DNA of 32,000 bases from Fastidiosibacter lacustris (GTDB taxonomy: Bacteria; Pseudomonadota; Gammaproteobacteria; Francisellales; Francisellaceae): assembly GCF_003428155.1 (NCBI RefSeq), contig NZ_QLIR01000001.1, positions 150,001 to 182,000 of the forward strand. Reading direction: 5' to 3'. Under the pieces are notes generated by a model, which saw only the letters and a list, made by a program, of their open reading frames with translations, was not told the origin of the DNA and searched no databases. The position numbers were made by a program, and so were the translations under genes. Position 1 is the first letter of the stretch. Every line of letters starts with the position of its first letter. Below, piece after piece: positions 1 to 7,536 of the stretch.

Positions 1-33
1 TGATGTTGAAGTAAATAGCAATCTGGATTAGCG

Positions 34-741
34 ATGGACGTGATGCAATACTTAACAGACATGCAACGGCGTTTAAATAATTTGGTTCGCGTGGGTACAG
101 TTATTGAGACAAATGACACACGCTTAAAGGTAAAGTTGGGCGATAATAGCACGGGGTGGCTGCCGTGGGTGACACAAAGAACAGGGGATTGCGTCACATG
201 GTGGAAGCCGTCCGTTGGTGAACAGGTGCTTGTTTTAAGTCCCTCTGGTGAGTTAAATAATGGTATTGTGCTACCTGCCATTTACACTAAAAATCAACCA
301 ACACTAAACCAAAATGAGCACACAACGGTTTACAAAGATGGCACTCGTATTAGCTATGATTATGCGCAAAAGAAGCTATCTGTAAATTGCGTTGGTGATA
401 TTGAAATCACAGCCGCTAAGATGCTCACTGCCGATATTACAGACTCGGTAACCATTAAAGGTGCTAAGACACTCAGCATTGATTTTGCGGGCAATATTGA
501 CATCAAAACACCCACGCAAGTCAAAATTGATGCGCCTAATATGATTTGCACGGGCAACTTGTTAGTACAAGGTGGTTTAACGTATATGCAAGGCATGACA
601 GGCTACAACCAAGGCGGTGGTAAAACGGCAACCATTCAAGGGGCGATTAATGTAACTGATGATGTGGTCGCTGGTGGCATCTCACTTAAAGGGCATATGC
701 ATACTGGGGATAGTGGCGGTAGTACGTCAGCACCAAAATAA
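34..741 (+). CDS. gpV: Baseplate spike / baseplate assembly protein V (P2 gpV family)
   Basis: 235-aa ORF. The N-terminal motifs 'LVRVGTV...LKVKLGD..TGWLPW' and 'GEQVLVLSPSGELNNGIVLPAIY' are typical of gpV/Mu gp45 spikes. The C-terminus carries an HxH apex motif (HMHTGD). It sits ahead of the W-J-I genes. Confidence 0.85.
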   Translation: MDVMQYLTDMQRRLNNLVRVGTVIETNDTRLKVKLGDNSTGWLPWVTQRTGDCVTWWKPSVGEQVLVLSPSGELNNGIVLPAIYTKNQPTLNQNEHTTVYKDGTRISYDYAQKKLSVNCVGDIEITAAKMLTADITDSVTIKGAKTLSIDFAGNIDIKTPTQVKIDAPNMICTGNLLVQGGLTYMQGMTGYNQGGGKTATIQGAINVTDDVVAGGISLKGHMHTGDSGGSTSAPK

Positions 742-765
742 AAAACAATTACTTATTAAAAACCA

Positions 766-785
766 CGCTGTTTATTAAAACAGCG
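766..785 (+). terminator. Possible intrinsic terminator hairpin after gpV
   Basis: 8-bp stem cgctgttt/aaacagcg with a 4-nt loop, 25 nt after the gpV stop, followed by an A/T-rich stretch. It lies between convergent gpV and the reverse cassette. The U-tract is weak. Confidence 0.4.
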
Positions 786-923
786 ACTTATATTAAATTT
801 TAATAACAAACGAAAGTTTCAATCCAACACTATATTAACTGTTAATATAGCGACCAAATCATTAAACATTATTTATTTTTTTTTGCAAGTTTTTTTTAGC
901 CTTTCGGTGCTATTGTAACTATT

Positions 924-1193
924 TTAGAACCGACGTAGATCATTCCATGCTGCCTCGATGATTCGCTTAACAGTTTCGTACATTAAATTACTATCTTTAC
1001 CCTGATAGCCAAACGAATTAACAAAGGTTGAAAAGGTAAGCTCATCTCCTGTCTTAGTTGACCATTTGCTAAAGGCATGCGCAATAGCAATTGCTTTGCT
1101 CTGAAATGCTTTCGCTGCATCATATTGTGCTAGTTTTTCACGCCGCGATTGAATTATTTCTATTTCATCTTGTGTCAATTCATTGATTTTCAT
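924..1193 (-). CDS. Hypothetical 89-aa protein (distal gene of the reverse-strand cargo cassette)
   Basis: ORF on the strand opposite to all structural genes. It starts 12 nt after the stop of ORF 1206..1529, which fits an operon. It looks largely helical by eye, and I recognise no family motif. Confidence 0.6.
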   Translation of the reverse strand: MKINELTQDEIEIIQSRREKLAQYDAAKAFQSKAIAIAHAFSKWSTKTGDELTFSTFVNSFGYQGKDSNLMYETVKRIIEAAWNDLRRF

Positions 1194-1205
1194 ATTTTTC
1201 TACTC

Positions 1206-1529
1206 TTATCCCCAAATCATCTTGTGCTCCAATTTGTCAACATACTTAATAGACACGGCAAGTTTTAAAATTTCCCTAAGCGCATCTCTTTCTGTGAGGC
1301 ACCATTCATGTCTGTCTCGCACTGTAGGCATGACATTAATACCTGCATAATCCCCGCCAACAAACTCGGCTACCCATTGCTCTGGGTAATCGTATAGTTT
1401 GGCTGGGAATAATCCAAAAGCAGGGACATCATCTTGATTGTCTTTAAGTTTGACTAATCTAATCACTCCAAAAAAAGTTTCGATTTCTTTCGTTTCGATT
1501 ATTAGCTGCTCTTCAAATATTGTTCTCAT
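1206..1529 (-). CDS. Hypothetical 107-aa protein (proximal gene of the reverse-strand cargo cassette)
   Basis: ATG at 1529 is preceded by AGGAG about 8 nt upstream on the minus strand. There is no signal peptide or TM segment, and I recognise no family motif. Confidence 0.65.
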   Translation of the reverse strand: MRTIFEEQLIIETKEIETFFGVIRLVKLKDNQDDVPAFGLFPAKLYDYPEQWVAEFVGGDYAGINVMPTVRDRHEWCLTERDALREILKLAVSIKYVDKLEHKMIWG

Positions 1530-1555
1530 TTTTTAACTCCTATTTTTATTGCCTG

Positions 1556-1621
1556 CTCACGTGAGGCTTTCCGCTACCAGGTCCGTCCTGGTATGTTTGT
1601 TATTATATGGCGTTACGCCAT
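1556..1621. promoter_or_regulatory. Three consecutive palindromes in the divergent control region between the reverse cassette and gpW
   Basis: The three are CTCACGTGAG (1556..1565, perfect 10-bp palindrome), taccagg-tccgt-cctggta (1575..1593, 7-bp stem) and atggcg-tta-cgccat (1607..1621, 6-bp stem). Confidence 0.4.
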
Positions 1622-1687
1622 GTAAAGCAAGTGGTTTTTAAAAAAATATTAAGTTTTTTTGGATAATGATGGTTAGTAGTCAATCAA

Positions 1688-1767
1688 ATAATCCCGCACA
1701 ATCTTAACTCATATTTAGCCCCATTCTTGATCTATACCATCGGGGGAGGGTCTAAAAATAATGAGAG
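1688..1767 (+). repeat. 80-bp direct repeat, copy 1 (leader, SD and first 7 nt of gpW)
   Basis: Identical to 7537..7616 except at 2 positions (1742 g vs a, 1752 c vs g). It includes GGGAGGG and ATGAGAG. Confidence 0.95.
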
Positions 1768-2096
1768 GGGTAGACCGTTTTACAGGACGTGCCATTGATG
1801 ATATTGAGCACGTCCAGCAATCAATTAGAGATATTTTAACCACGCCAATTGGGACGCGTGTAATGCTGCGTAACTATGGCAGTCGTTTGTTTGATTTTAT
1901 TGACAAACCGATGAATAACCAAACGATTGTACAAGTGATATTAGCAGCAGCGCAAGCTATTGATACATGGGAGCCAAGGGTCAAACTTACGCGCGTTGTG
2001 CCAACGATTACCAATAGCGGTCGCTTAACTATCGACGTTGATTTTACTTATCAACCTAATGGCAAACCTGCTCAGTTGCGCGGGGTGGTGTTATGA
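1761..2096 (+). CDS. gpW: Baseplate wedge protein W (GPW/gp25 family)
   Basis: 111 aa. The motif 'IRDILTTPIGTRVMLRNYGSRLFDFIDKP' is the classic gp25/gpW signature. The stop overlaps the gpJ start (ATGA). Confidence 0.9.
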   Translation: MRGVDRFTGRAIDDIEHVQQSIRDILTTPIGTRVMLRNYGSRLFDFIDKPMNNQTIVQVILAAAQAIDTWEPRVKLTRVVPTITNSGRLTIDVDFTYQPNGKPAQLRGVVL

Positions 2097-2941
2097 GTGC
2101 GTTTAATCTTGCCAAATTACCATTACCTGTATCTATCAGAACTGTAGATTATGAAGCGAACTTTACTGCATTGCTTGAGCAATTTAAAAAGCTAACGCCA
2201 GATTACGATGCATATTTAGAATCAGACCCAGTGATTAAGACTTTTGAGGCATGTGCTTACTTGTTAACACTTAAAGACCAAGAGCGCAACGATCAAATTA
2301 AGGCAGTCTTAATTGCCTTTGCCAAAGGTGCTGATTTAGATAATTTAGGTGCCTTACTTGCCGAAACTCGACAAGAAAATGAAGAAGATGAGCGCTTTAG
2401 AGTACGGATATTAACAGCGCTTGATAAGGTGAGCACGGCAGGCGTAGCACGCGCATATGAAGCGCTCAGTCTCGAGGCAGATAGACGCGTGTCGGATGTT
2501 AAAGCATATGATGATATAGCACAGCCAGCCAAAGCCTTTGTCACAATACAATCAAATGCGAGTGATAACGGCGAAGCGGATAGCAACCTGATTACTGTGG
2601 TTACAAACTATTTAAACCACGAAGATAGAAAGCCACTAGGGGCGCAAGTCATTGTGAACAGTGTACAGGTACTAAATTATACTATCGATGCGGTGGTCAA
2701 GTTTGAGCGCTCGGCAGATATTGAAACGGTTAAAAAACATATGCTCAATGCAATCAATGAGCTTGTCGCACAAAAGCACAGAATCGGGGCTACCGTTGCC
2801 CTATCTGAAATATATGCCAAACTCAATATTGAAGGAGTTGCTGTTGTTGAGCAATTAAACGAGCCTAAGGTAAATATTAAAGCAGGTAAACATCAAACGC
2901 CTTATTGTACTGCAATTAACATTATTGAGGCAAGCGCATGA
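2093..2941 (+). CDS. gpJ: Baseplate protein J
   Basis: 282 aa, translationally coupled to W upstream and I downstream. Size and position match P2 gpJ. Confidence 0.8.
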   Translation: MSAFNLAKLPLPVSIRTVDYEANFTALLEQFKKLTPDYDAYLESDPVIKTFEACAYLLTLKDQERNDQIKAVLIAFAKGADLDNLGALLAETRQENEEDERFRVRILTALDKVSTAGVARAYEALSLEADRRVSDVKAYDDIAQPAKAFVTIQSNASDNGEADSNLITVVTNYLNHEDRKPLGAQVIVNSVQVLNYTIDAVVKFERSADIETVKKHMLNAINELVAQKHRIGATVALSEIYAKLNIEGVAVVEQLNEPKVNIKAGKHQTPYCTAINIIEASA

Positions 2942-3507
2942 GTTTATTGCCGCCCAATAGTACTGATTTAGAAAAAGCGATGATTGGCGCTTTTGAAGGG
3001 GTGTTAAATGGAAAAGATTGGCTAATTAATAAGCTTTGGAATGCGGACTTATGCCCGTATGAGTTTTTGCCTTATTTGGCAAGTGCCTTGAGTGTTGATT
3101 TTGCGATTTATAATAATTTAACCGAAGCAGAAAAGCGTGAATATATCAAAAAATCGATTGAAATACACCGCCAAAAGGGCACACTCGGGGCGCTTAAAAA
3201 AGCGCTTAATATTACCGACTATGATATTGCTGTAGAGGAATGGTACGAATACAACGGCACGCCGCACACGATTAAGGTCAATATTACTAAACAATCACCG
3301 GGGGCGTTTAACACAGATTTAATTAGTAACACAATAAACGCTAATAAAAATGTACAAACTGTGTGTGTATTATCAGTTAAAACTCATGCATACAACACTA
3401 TCAAAGCAGGCAATAAGACGAGAGCAATCTTGCGCCAAGGCATCCCAACTAATAAAGTTATCGCTTTTGTTGGATGTGGGGTAATGATGCGATTGAGATT
3501 TAAGTAA
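2938..3507 (+). CDS. gpI: Tail/baseplate protein I
   Basis: 189 aa. The motif 'LLPPNSTDLEKA...' matches the N-terminal signature of P2 gpI. The start overlaps the J stop. Confidence 0.8.
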   Translation: MSLLPPNSTDLEKAMIGAFEGVLNGKDWLINKLWNADLCPYEFLPYLASALSVDFAIYNNLTEAEKREYIKKSIEIHRQKGTLGALKKALNITDYDIAVEEWYEYNGTPHTIKVNITKQSPGAFNTDLISNTINANKNVQTVCVLSVKTHAYNTIKAGNKTRAILRQGIPTNKVIAFVGCGVMMRLRFK

Positions 3508-3530
3508 AAGTATTAAAAAAAGGGGGTAAA

Positions 3531-4622
3531 ATGCCACAATTAATATTAACACAAAACGCACTGGCAAAACTTGCCAACGCACAACAAACAGGGGTACAGG
3601 TAAAACTGAGCCAGTTTGAATTAACCAACAGCGCAGATGCTACACTTGAGATAAAAGGCAACAATCTATATAAGGGAGGGATATCAAGTATTAGCAACGA
3701 GAATGCGACCACCTTGCGCGTTAAATGTTTAATGCCAGCAGGACTCGCAATCAATGATGTGGTACAAAAATGCTATTTGTACGATGAACAAGGTGACGTA
3801 TTTGCCTACGGACCGATTAACAGTTTTAAATACACACAAGATGCAAATATTGAGGCTGAAATTAATATTTACTTGACCTTTAGTGATAGCGACATGGCTA
3901 GTGTATCGCTTATCGTGCCATCAGATAGTTTTGTCGATTTTAAAACGTTTAATGAGCATCAACACGATGAGCGCTATGTTAATAAAGTGCAATATCATGG
4001 CGATATACAGACCTTTGCAAGGCGTTATGTGACAGAGATCGATTTAAGTGATCTGCCATTTGATATGATGTATCCAGTGCCTTTTTGTGGTGGTGGATAT
4101 CCTGCAAGAACAGAGGTGCAAATATTTCGTGAAGGGCACTGGAATAGTCAGAGCGATTTAGATGGCGACAAAGTGTCTGGAGATCCAAGTGTATCAGCTG
4201 TAAATATTTGTTTTACACTTTCAAGTTACCCATGGGGCGTGCCACAACTCATGCTGAAATTAGTAAACAATATTCAGGTTTATCGGAATGTAGTTTCAGA
4301 TATATCTTGGAAATTATTATTGAAAACTGAAAAGCTAGATGAAAACGGCAATGATACAGCACACAATACACCCACCAGATATATTAATGGGGATGGATTC
4401 AATAAAAACTATAATTCATCGGGTTTTTATCTTAGAGGTGGGTTAATGTATCACATTATATGCAACCAGAGCATCGAGTTTAATGTACACACTAAACCTT
4501 ACATTGTTCGTGAATCTTCGAATGCCACTTCCAATGTGAGATGGACTGCTTTACCTATCCCTGTGGCAGAAGCAAATTTTGGTAATACTAATTATGATGG
4601 ACGTGAGGGAGTATATTTATGA
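3531..4622 (+). CDS. Tail fibre protein (gpH-like N-terminus, divergent C-terminal receptor-binding part)
   Basis: 363 aa. The N-terminus 'ILTQNALAKLANAQQTGVQVKLSQFELTNS' resembles the conserved baseplate-attachment (tail-collar) domain of P2 gpH. A strong SD (aaggggg) precedes the start. I recognise nothing in the C-terminal two thirds. Confidence 0.75.
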   Translation: MPQLILTQNALAKLANAQQTGVQVKLSQFELTNSADATLEIKGNNLYKGGISSISNENATTLRVKCLMPAGLAINDVVQKCYLYDEQGDVFAYGPINSFKYTQDANIEAEINIYLTFSDSDMASVSLIVPSDSFVDFKTFNEHQHDERYVNKVQYHGDIQTFARRYVTEIDLSDLPFDMMYPVPFCGGGYPARTEVQIFREGHWNSQSDLDGDKVSGDPSVSAVNICFTLSSYPWGVPQLMLKLVNNIQVYRNVVSDISWKLLLKTEKLDENGNDTAHNTPTRYINGDGFNKNYNSSGFYLRGGLMYHIICNQSIEFNVHTKPYIVRESSNATSNVRWTALPIPVAEANFGNTNYDGREGVYL

Positions 4623-5134
4623 TTAAAGAAGTAAAACTGCCGAATGGGCGAATATTAATAAATGTGCCCGCGAATGAATTATATAGTTTGGGACTTGATG
4701 AAGCGCATATACAGCAGTTATTGCTTGTTGATGCGCAAGATGCAGCAAAAATAAGGGTGCTGAATTTTACAAAGCGAATACGTCAATACTTATATGGTCA
4801 CTCGGAAGCTGAGCGCATGGTGGGCTGGGTAGAAAAAGAAAAACGGGCAAGGCGGGTATTGGCGGGTGCAGCTACGGATGTAGATAAACAGCAACTAACG
4901 ATTGAAGCAACCAAGCGCGGGTTTGGTGAGACGATTGAACAATTAGCGCAAAGACAAATTGAACTGGCGGATATTTTAGCATTGCAAAATGCTGAATTAG
5001 ATGGTTTAGAGATTAAAGCAGTTGATGGGGTCCAACACGCGACAAGTATTGCTCAAGTGGACGGGCTGTTTGAGCAGTTTAAGCAAGATGCGGAGAGGAG
5101 CCTTAAAAATATTAAGATGTATAGGGGTGCTTGA
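4619..5134 (+). CDS. Hypothetical phage protein in the position of the tail-fibre assembly chaperone (gpG position)
   Basis: 171 aa, start overlapping the fibre stop (ATGA). The sequence does not show the usual gpG/Tfa N-terminal motif, so the functional call rests on position only. Confidence 0.4.
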   Translation: MIKEVKLPNGRILINVPANELYSLGLDEAHIQQLLLVDAQDAAKIRVLNFTKRIRQYLYGHSEAERMVGWVEKEKRARRVLAGAATDVDKQQLTIEATKRGFGETIEQLAQRQIELADILALQNAELDGLEIKAVDGVQHATSIAQVDGLFEQFKQDAERSLKNIKMYRGA

Positions 5135-5214
5135 TAAAACTAGTATTAATTCGCACAAACTTTATACATTTAAGACTTTACACCGTTAATCAGACTAAGG
5201 GGGGGGGTATCCGT

Positions 5215-5538
5215 GTGAATGTGATTAGGGCAATATTAAGTATATTACCAAGCATGATTATTTTACTGTTTGTTTTAGGAGGAGCTTATTATTTAGACAG
5301 TAAGCTTAACAAAATGAATGATATGTGGCTATCAGCCAATCAAGTAACAGTCAAAAACCAAAACGAGCAAATTAAAATCAATAAGGCTTTTGGTAAGCAG
5401 ATGGATACATTTACCAATTACATCCATGCATTACCACAAGATGAGCGCAGTCAATGGCTGGAGACTTACAGTTTGAATGTCCAGGAGATGTTGTACACGC
5501 CACCGAAGGGGCTCAAAACCCAAGAAGATGTTAAATGA
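5215..5538 (+). CDS. Small membrane-anchored protein (one N-terminal TM helix; i-spanin-like or exclusion protein)
   Basis: GTG at 5215 lies 7 nt after a G9 run that can act as SD. 'AILSILPSMIILLFVLGGAYYL' is one hydrophobic helix, followed by a polar, helical-looking domain. The ORF-track start at 5131 (TTG) adds a non-hydrophobic 28-aa extension and is less likely. Confidence 0.6.
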   Translation: MNVIRAILSILPSMIILLFVLGGAYYLDSKLNKMNDMWLSANQVTVKNQNEQIKINKAFGKQMDTFTNYIHALPQDERSQWLETYSLNVQEMLYTPPKGLKTQEDVK

Positions 5539-5774
5539 AAATTGTTTTATCGTTAACGTTTTTATTGTTAGGCGGTTGCAGCTTATTGCCGCGCGCGCAA
5601 GTCTCTGGGCATATCCCGCCTGAGCTAATGGAGCAAAGGTTAGTACACGGCTGTGCCACAATACAAAATGAACTCAAGCTTGCAAGCTGTTATTTAAAAA
5701 CGCGAGAAGCATTGTATTTGGCGAATCAAGATAAGCAGGACCTGGCAGAGCTAGAGCGTATTTGGAGCAAATGA
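5535..5774 (+). CDS. Small lipoprotein (o-spanin-like or exclusion lipoprotein)
   Basis: 79 aa. 'MKIVLSLTFLLLGGC' is a signal peptide with a lipobox-like LGGC. The start overlaps the upstream stop (ATGA). Confidence 0.65.
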   Translation: MKIVLSLTFLLLGGCSLLPRAQVSGHIPPELMEQRLVHGCATIQNELKLASCYLKTREALYLANQDKQDLAELERIWSK

Positions 5775-5809
5775 TTGATGAATATTAATGAGAAAGAGGG
5801 GAAAGTATA

Positions 5810-6958
5810 ATGAGTGCATTTTACCATGGGGTGGAAGTTGTTGAAATTGATGGCGGTGCGCGTCCAATTCGCACGGTTAAATCCAGTGTGATTGGATTAA
5901 TTGGGACCGCTCCAGATGCCGATAATGCGGTATTTCCACTCAATGCGCCTGTGCTAATTGCGGGCAACAGAACCGAAGCGGCAAAGTTGGGCAGTAATGG
6001 GACATTGCCAGATGCAATCGATGGCATCTTTGACCAAGTTGGGGCAATGGTGGTAGTAGTACGCGTTGACCATGCCGATGATAACGCACAAATGTTAGCC
6101 AATGTGCAAGGAGGTATTGACAGTGATACAGGGCAGCGCACGGGTGTGCAGGCATTTTTGGATGCGGGGTCCACATTGGGTTTAATCCCCCGCATTTTAA
6201 TTGCGCCAAATTTTAGCAATGAGGCGGGGATTGTACAGGAGTTAATGAGCATTGCCGAGCGCTTAAAAGCGGTGATTATTGCCGAGGCACCGAGCACCAC
6301 CGATACGGCTGCTATTGCTTATCGGAAAAACTTTGGTTCGGCACGTGTGTATGTAATTGACCCGCGCGTAATGGTTTTAGCCAGTGGCGTGGAGGTTGCC
6401 AAGCCAAGCTCGCCACGTATTGCAGGTTTAATGGCGCGTATTGATAAAGCGTATGGTTGGCATTACTCCCCATCAAATCATGAGATTTATGGCGTAACGG
6501 CGACAGAGCGCGCTATTGACTTTGAATTAAATGGCGAATGTCGTGCGAATTACTTAAACGAAAATAAGATAGCAACCATTATTAATCAAAATGGTTTTAG
6601 GTTATGGGGCAACTTAACGTGCTCAAATGATCCTAAGTGGCAGTTTTTAAGTGTGAGACGCACCGCTGATATGTTGAACGAGTCGCTGCTATATGCACAT
6701 AACTGGGCAGTTGATAGGGGTATTAGCAAGACCTTTGTCGATGATATTGTGATGAGCGTCAATGGTTATCTTAGATCACTCGTTGCTCAAGGACGCATCT
6801 TGGGTGGTAAATGCTGGGCGGACCCAGAGTTAAACAGTGAGAATGAGATTGCTAATGGGCATGTGACATTTAGTTTTGATTTTACGCCTGTTTATCCCGC
6901 CCAACATATTACATTTAATAGCCATTTAGTAAATGATTATATTTCGGAAATCTTTTAA
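5810..6958 (+). CDS. FI: Contractile tail sheath protein FI
   Basis: 382 aa. The N-terminus 'YHGVEVVEIDGGARPI' is typical of P2 FI-type sheaths. It is followed by the tube gene, and a good SD (agagggg) precedes the start. Confidence 0.9.
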   Translation: MSAFYHGVEVVEIDGGARPIRTVKSSVIGLIGTAPDADNAVFPLNAPVLIAGNRTEAAKLGSNGTLPDAIDGIFDQVGAMVVVVRVDHADDNAQMLANVQGGIDSDTGQRTGVQAFLDAGSTLGLIPRILIAPNFSNEAGIVQELMSIAERLKAVIIAEAPSTTDTAAIAYRKNFGSARVYVIDPRVMVLASGVEVAKPSSPRIAGLMARIDKAYGWHYSPSNHEIYGVTATERAIDFELNGECRANYLNENKIATIINQNGFRLWGNLTCSNDPKWQFLSVRRTADMLNESLLYAHNWAVDRGISKTFVDDIVMSVNGYLRSLVAQGRILGGKCWADPELNSENEIANGHVTFSFDFTPVYPAQHITFNSHLVNDYISEIF

Positions 6959-6987
6959 TTAAAAAAGAGTAATAGGGAGCAAAAAGC

Positions 6988-7485
6988 ATGTTTAACAATA
7001 TTTTAATTAACTTTGGTGTGTATCTGGACGGCATTGCTTATCTTGGCACCGCTAGCGAAGTACAGCTGCCAAAAGTTACGGTCAAAACGGAAGAATGGAC
7101 AGCTGCTGGCATGTCAGGCACGGTTGATGTGGATACGGGCAAGGTTGAAAAGATGGAGTCGGTAATTAAGTTTAAGGGCTTACAAACAGACCCAATCAAA
7201 CTGATTGGTAACAAAGAAGCGCCATTAATTATCCGTGGCAGTTTGCGTAATAAAGACGGCACAGAAAAGAAACTTACAATTGAAATGAGAGGGCTTGTTA
7301 AAGACTATGACAATGGCACCATTAATGCTGAGTCATTGGGTGAGACGAGTGTCACCCTGTCAGTCAGTTATTATCGCTTTAATGCCGATGGTGAGGACTT
7401 GATTGAAATCGACCCGATTAACAATGTCCGCAATATCAATGGTAGTAATCAATTAGAGGGCGTATTAGCCAATATTTCAAACTAA
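6988..7485 (+). CDS. FII: Tail tube protein FII
   Basis: 165 aa, immediately after the sheath gene. Size and position match P2 FII, and the SD is gggag. Confidence 0.85.
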   Translation: MFNNILINFGVYLDGIAYLGTASEVQLPKVTVKTEEWTAAGMSGTVDVDTGKVEKMESVIKFKGLQTDPIKLIGNKEAPLIIRGSLRNKDGTEKKLTIEMRGLVKDYDNGTINAESLGETSVTLSVSYYRFNADGEDLIEIDPINNVRNINGSNQLEGVLANISN

Positions 7486-7536
7486 TAAAAATTGCTTTGT
7501 AATCAGTAAATGAGTACATGTCAAGTGTATCTCACC

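Noticed and set aside
1688-1767. P2 Ogr-type late promoter (TGT-N12-ACA dyad near -55) or an obvious sigma70 -35/-10 pair inside the 80-bp repeat
   Set aside because: There is no TGT in the repeat. The best sigma70-like hexamers (TTGATC … TAAAAT) have a 20-nt spacing and would leave essentially no leader. The promoter function is therefore left as a hypothesis only.
5131-5214. Track start codons that extend ORFs upstream: TTG 5131, TTG 10350, 11380, 13798, GTG 25871 and GTG 31965
   Set aside because: In each case a downstream ATG/GTG with a better SD and a family-typical N-terminus exists (5215, 10359, 11431, 13765, 25841). For ppk2 the frame simply continues to the window edge. The 5131 alternative is kept alive only in the G9-tract finding.
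5821-6300. Long antisense ORFs in the six-frame track inside well-supported genes. Examples are 360..596, 2293..2586, 3373..3754, 5821..6300, 5940..6209, 7038..7262, 8341..9787, 11870..12199, 13282..13578, 16567..16776, 17846..18503, 19333..19572, 20062..20668, 24034..25369, 26813..27010, 27631..27879 and 30134..30406.
   Set aside because: Each lies wholly within, and opposite or out of frame to, a gene with clear family motifs. They have low-complexity or odd composition (Ser/Ala/Leu/Cys-rich), no SD, and no recognisable motifs. They are typical shadow ORFs.
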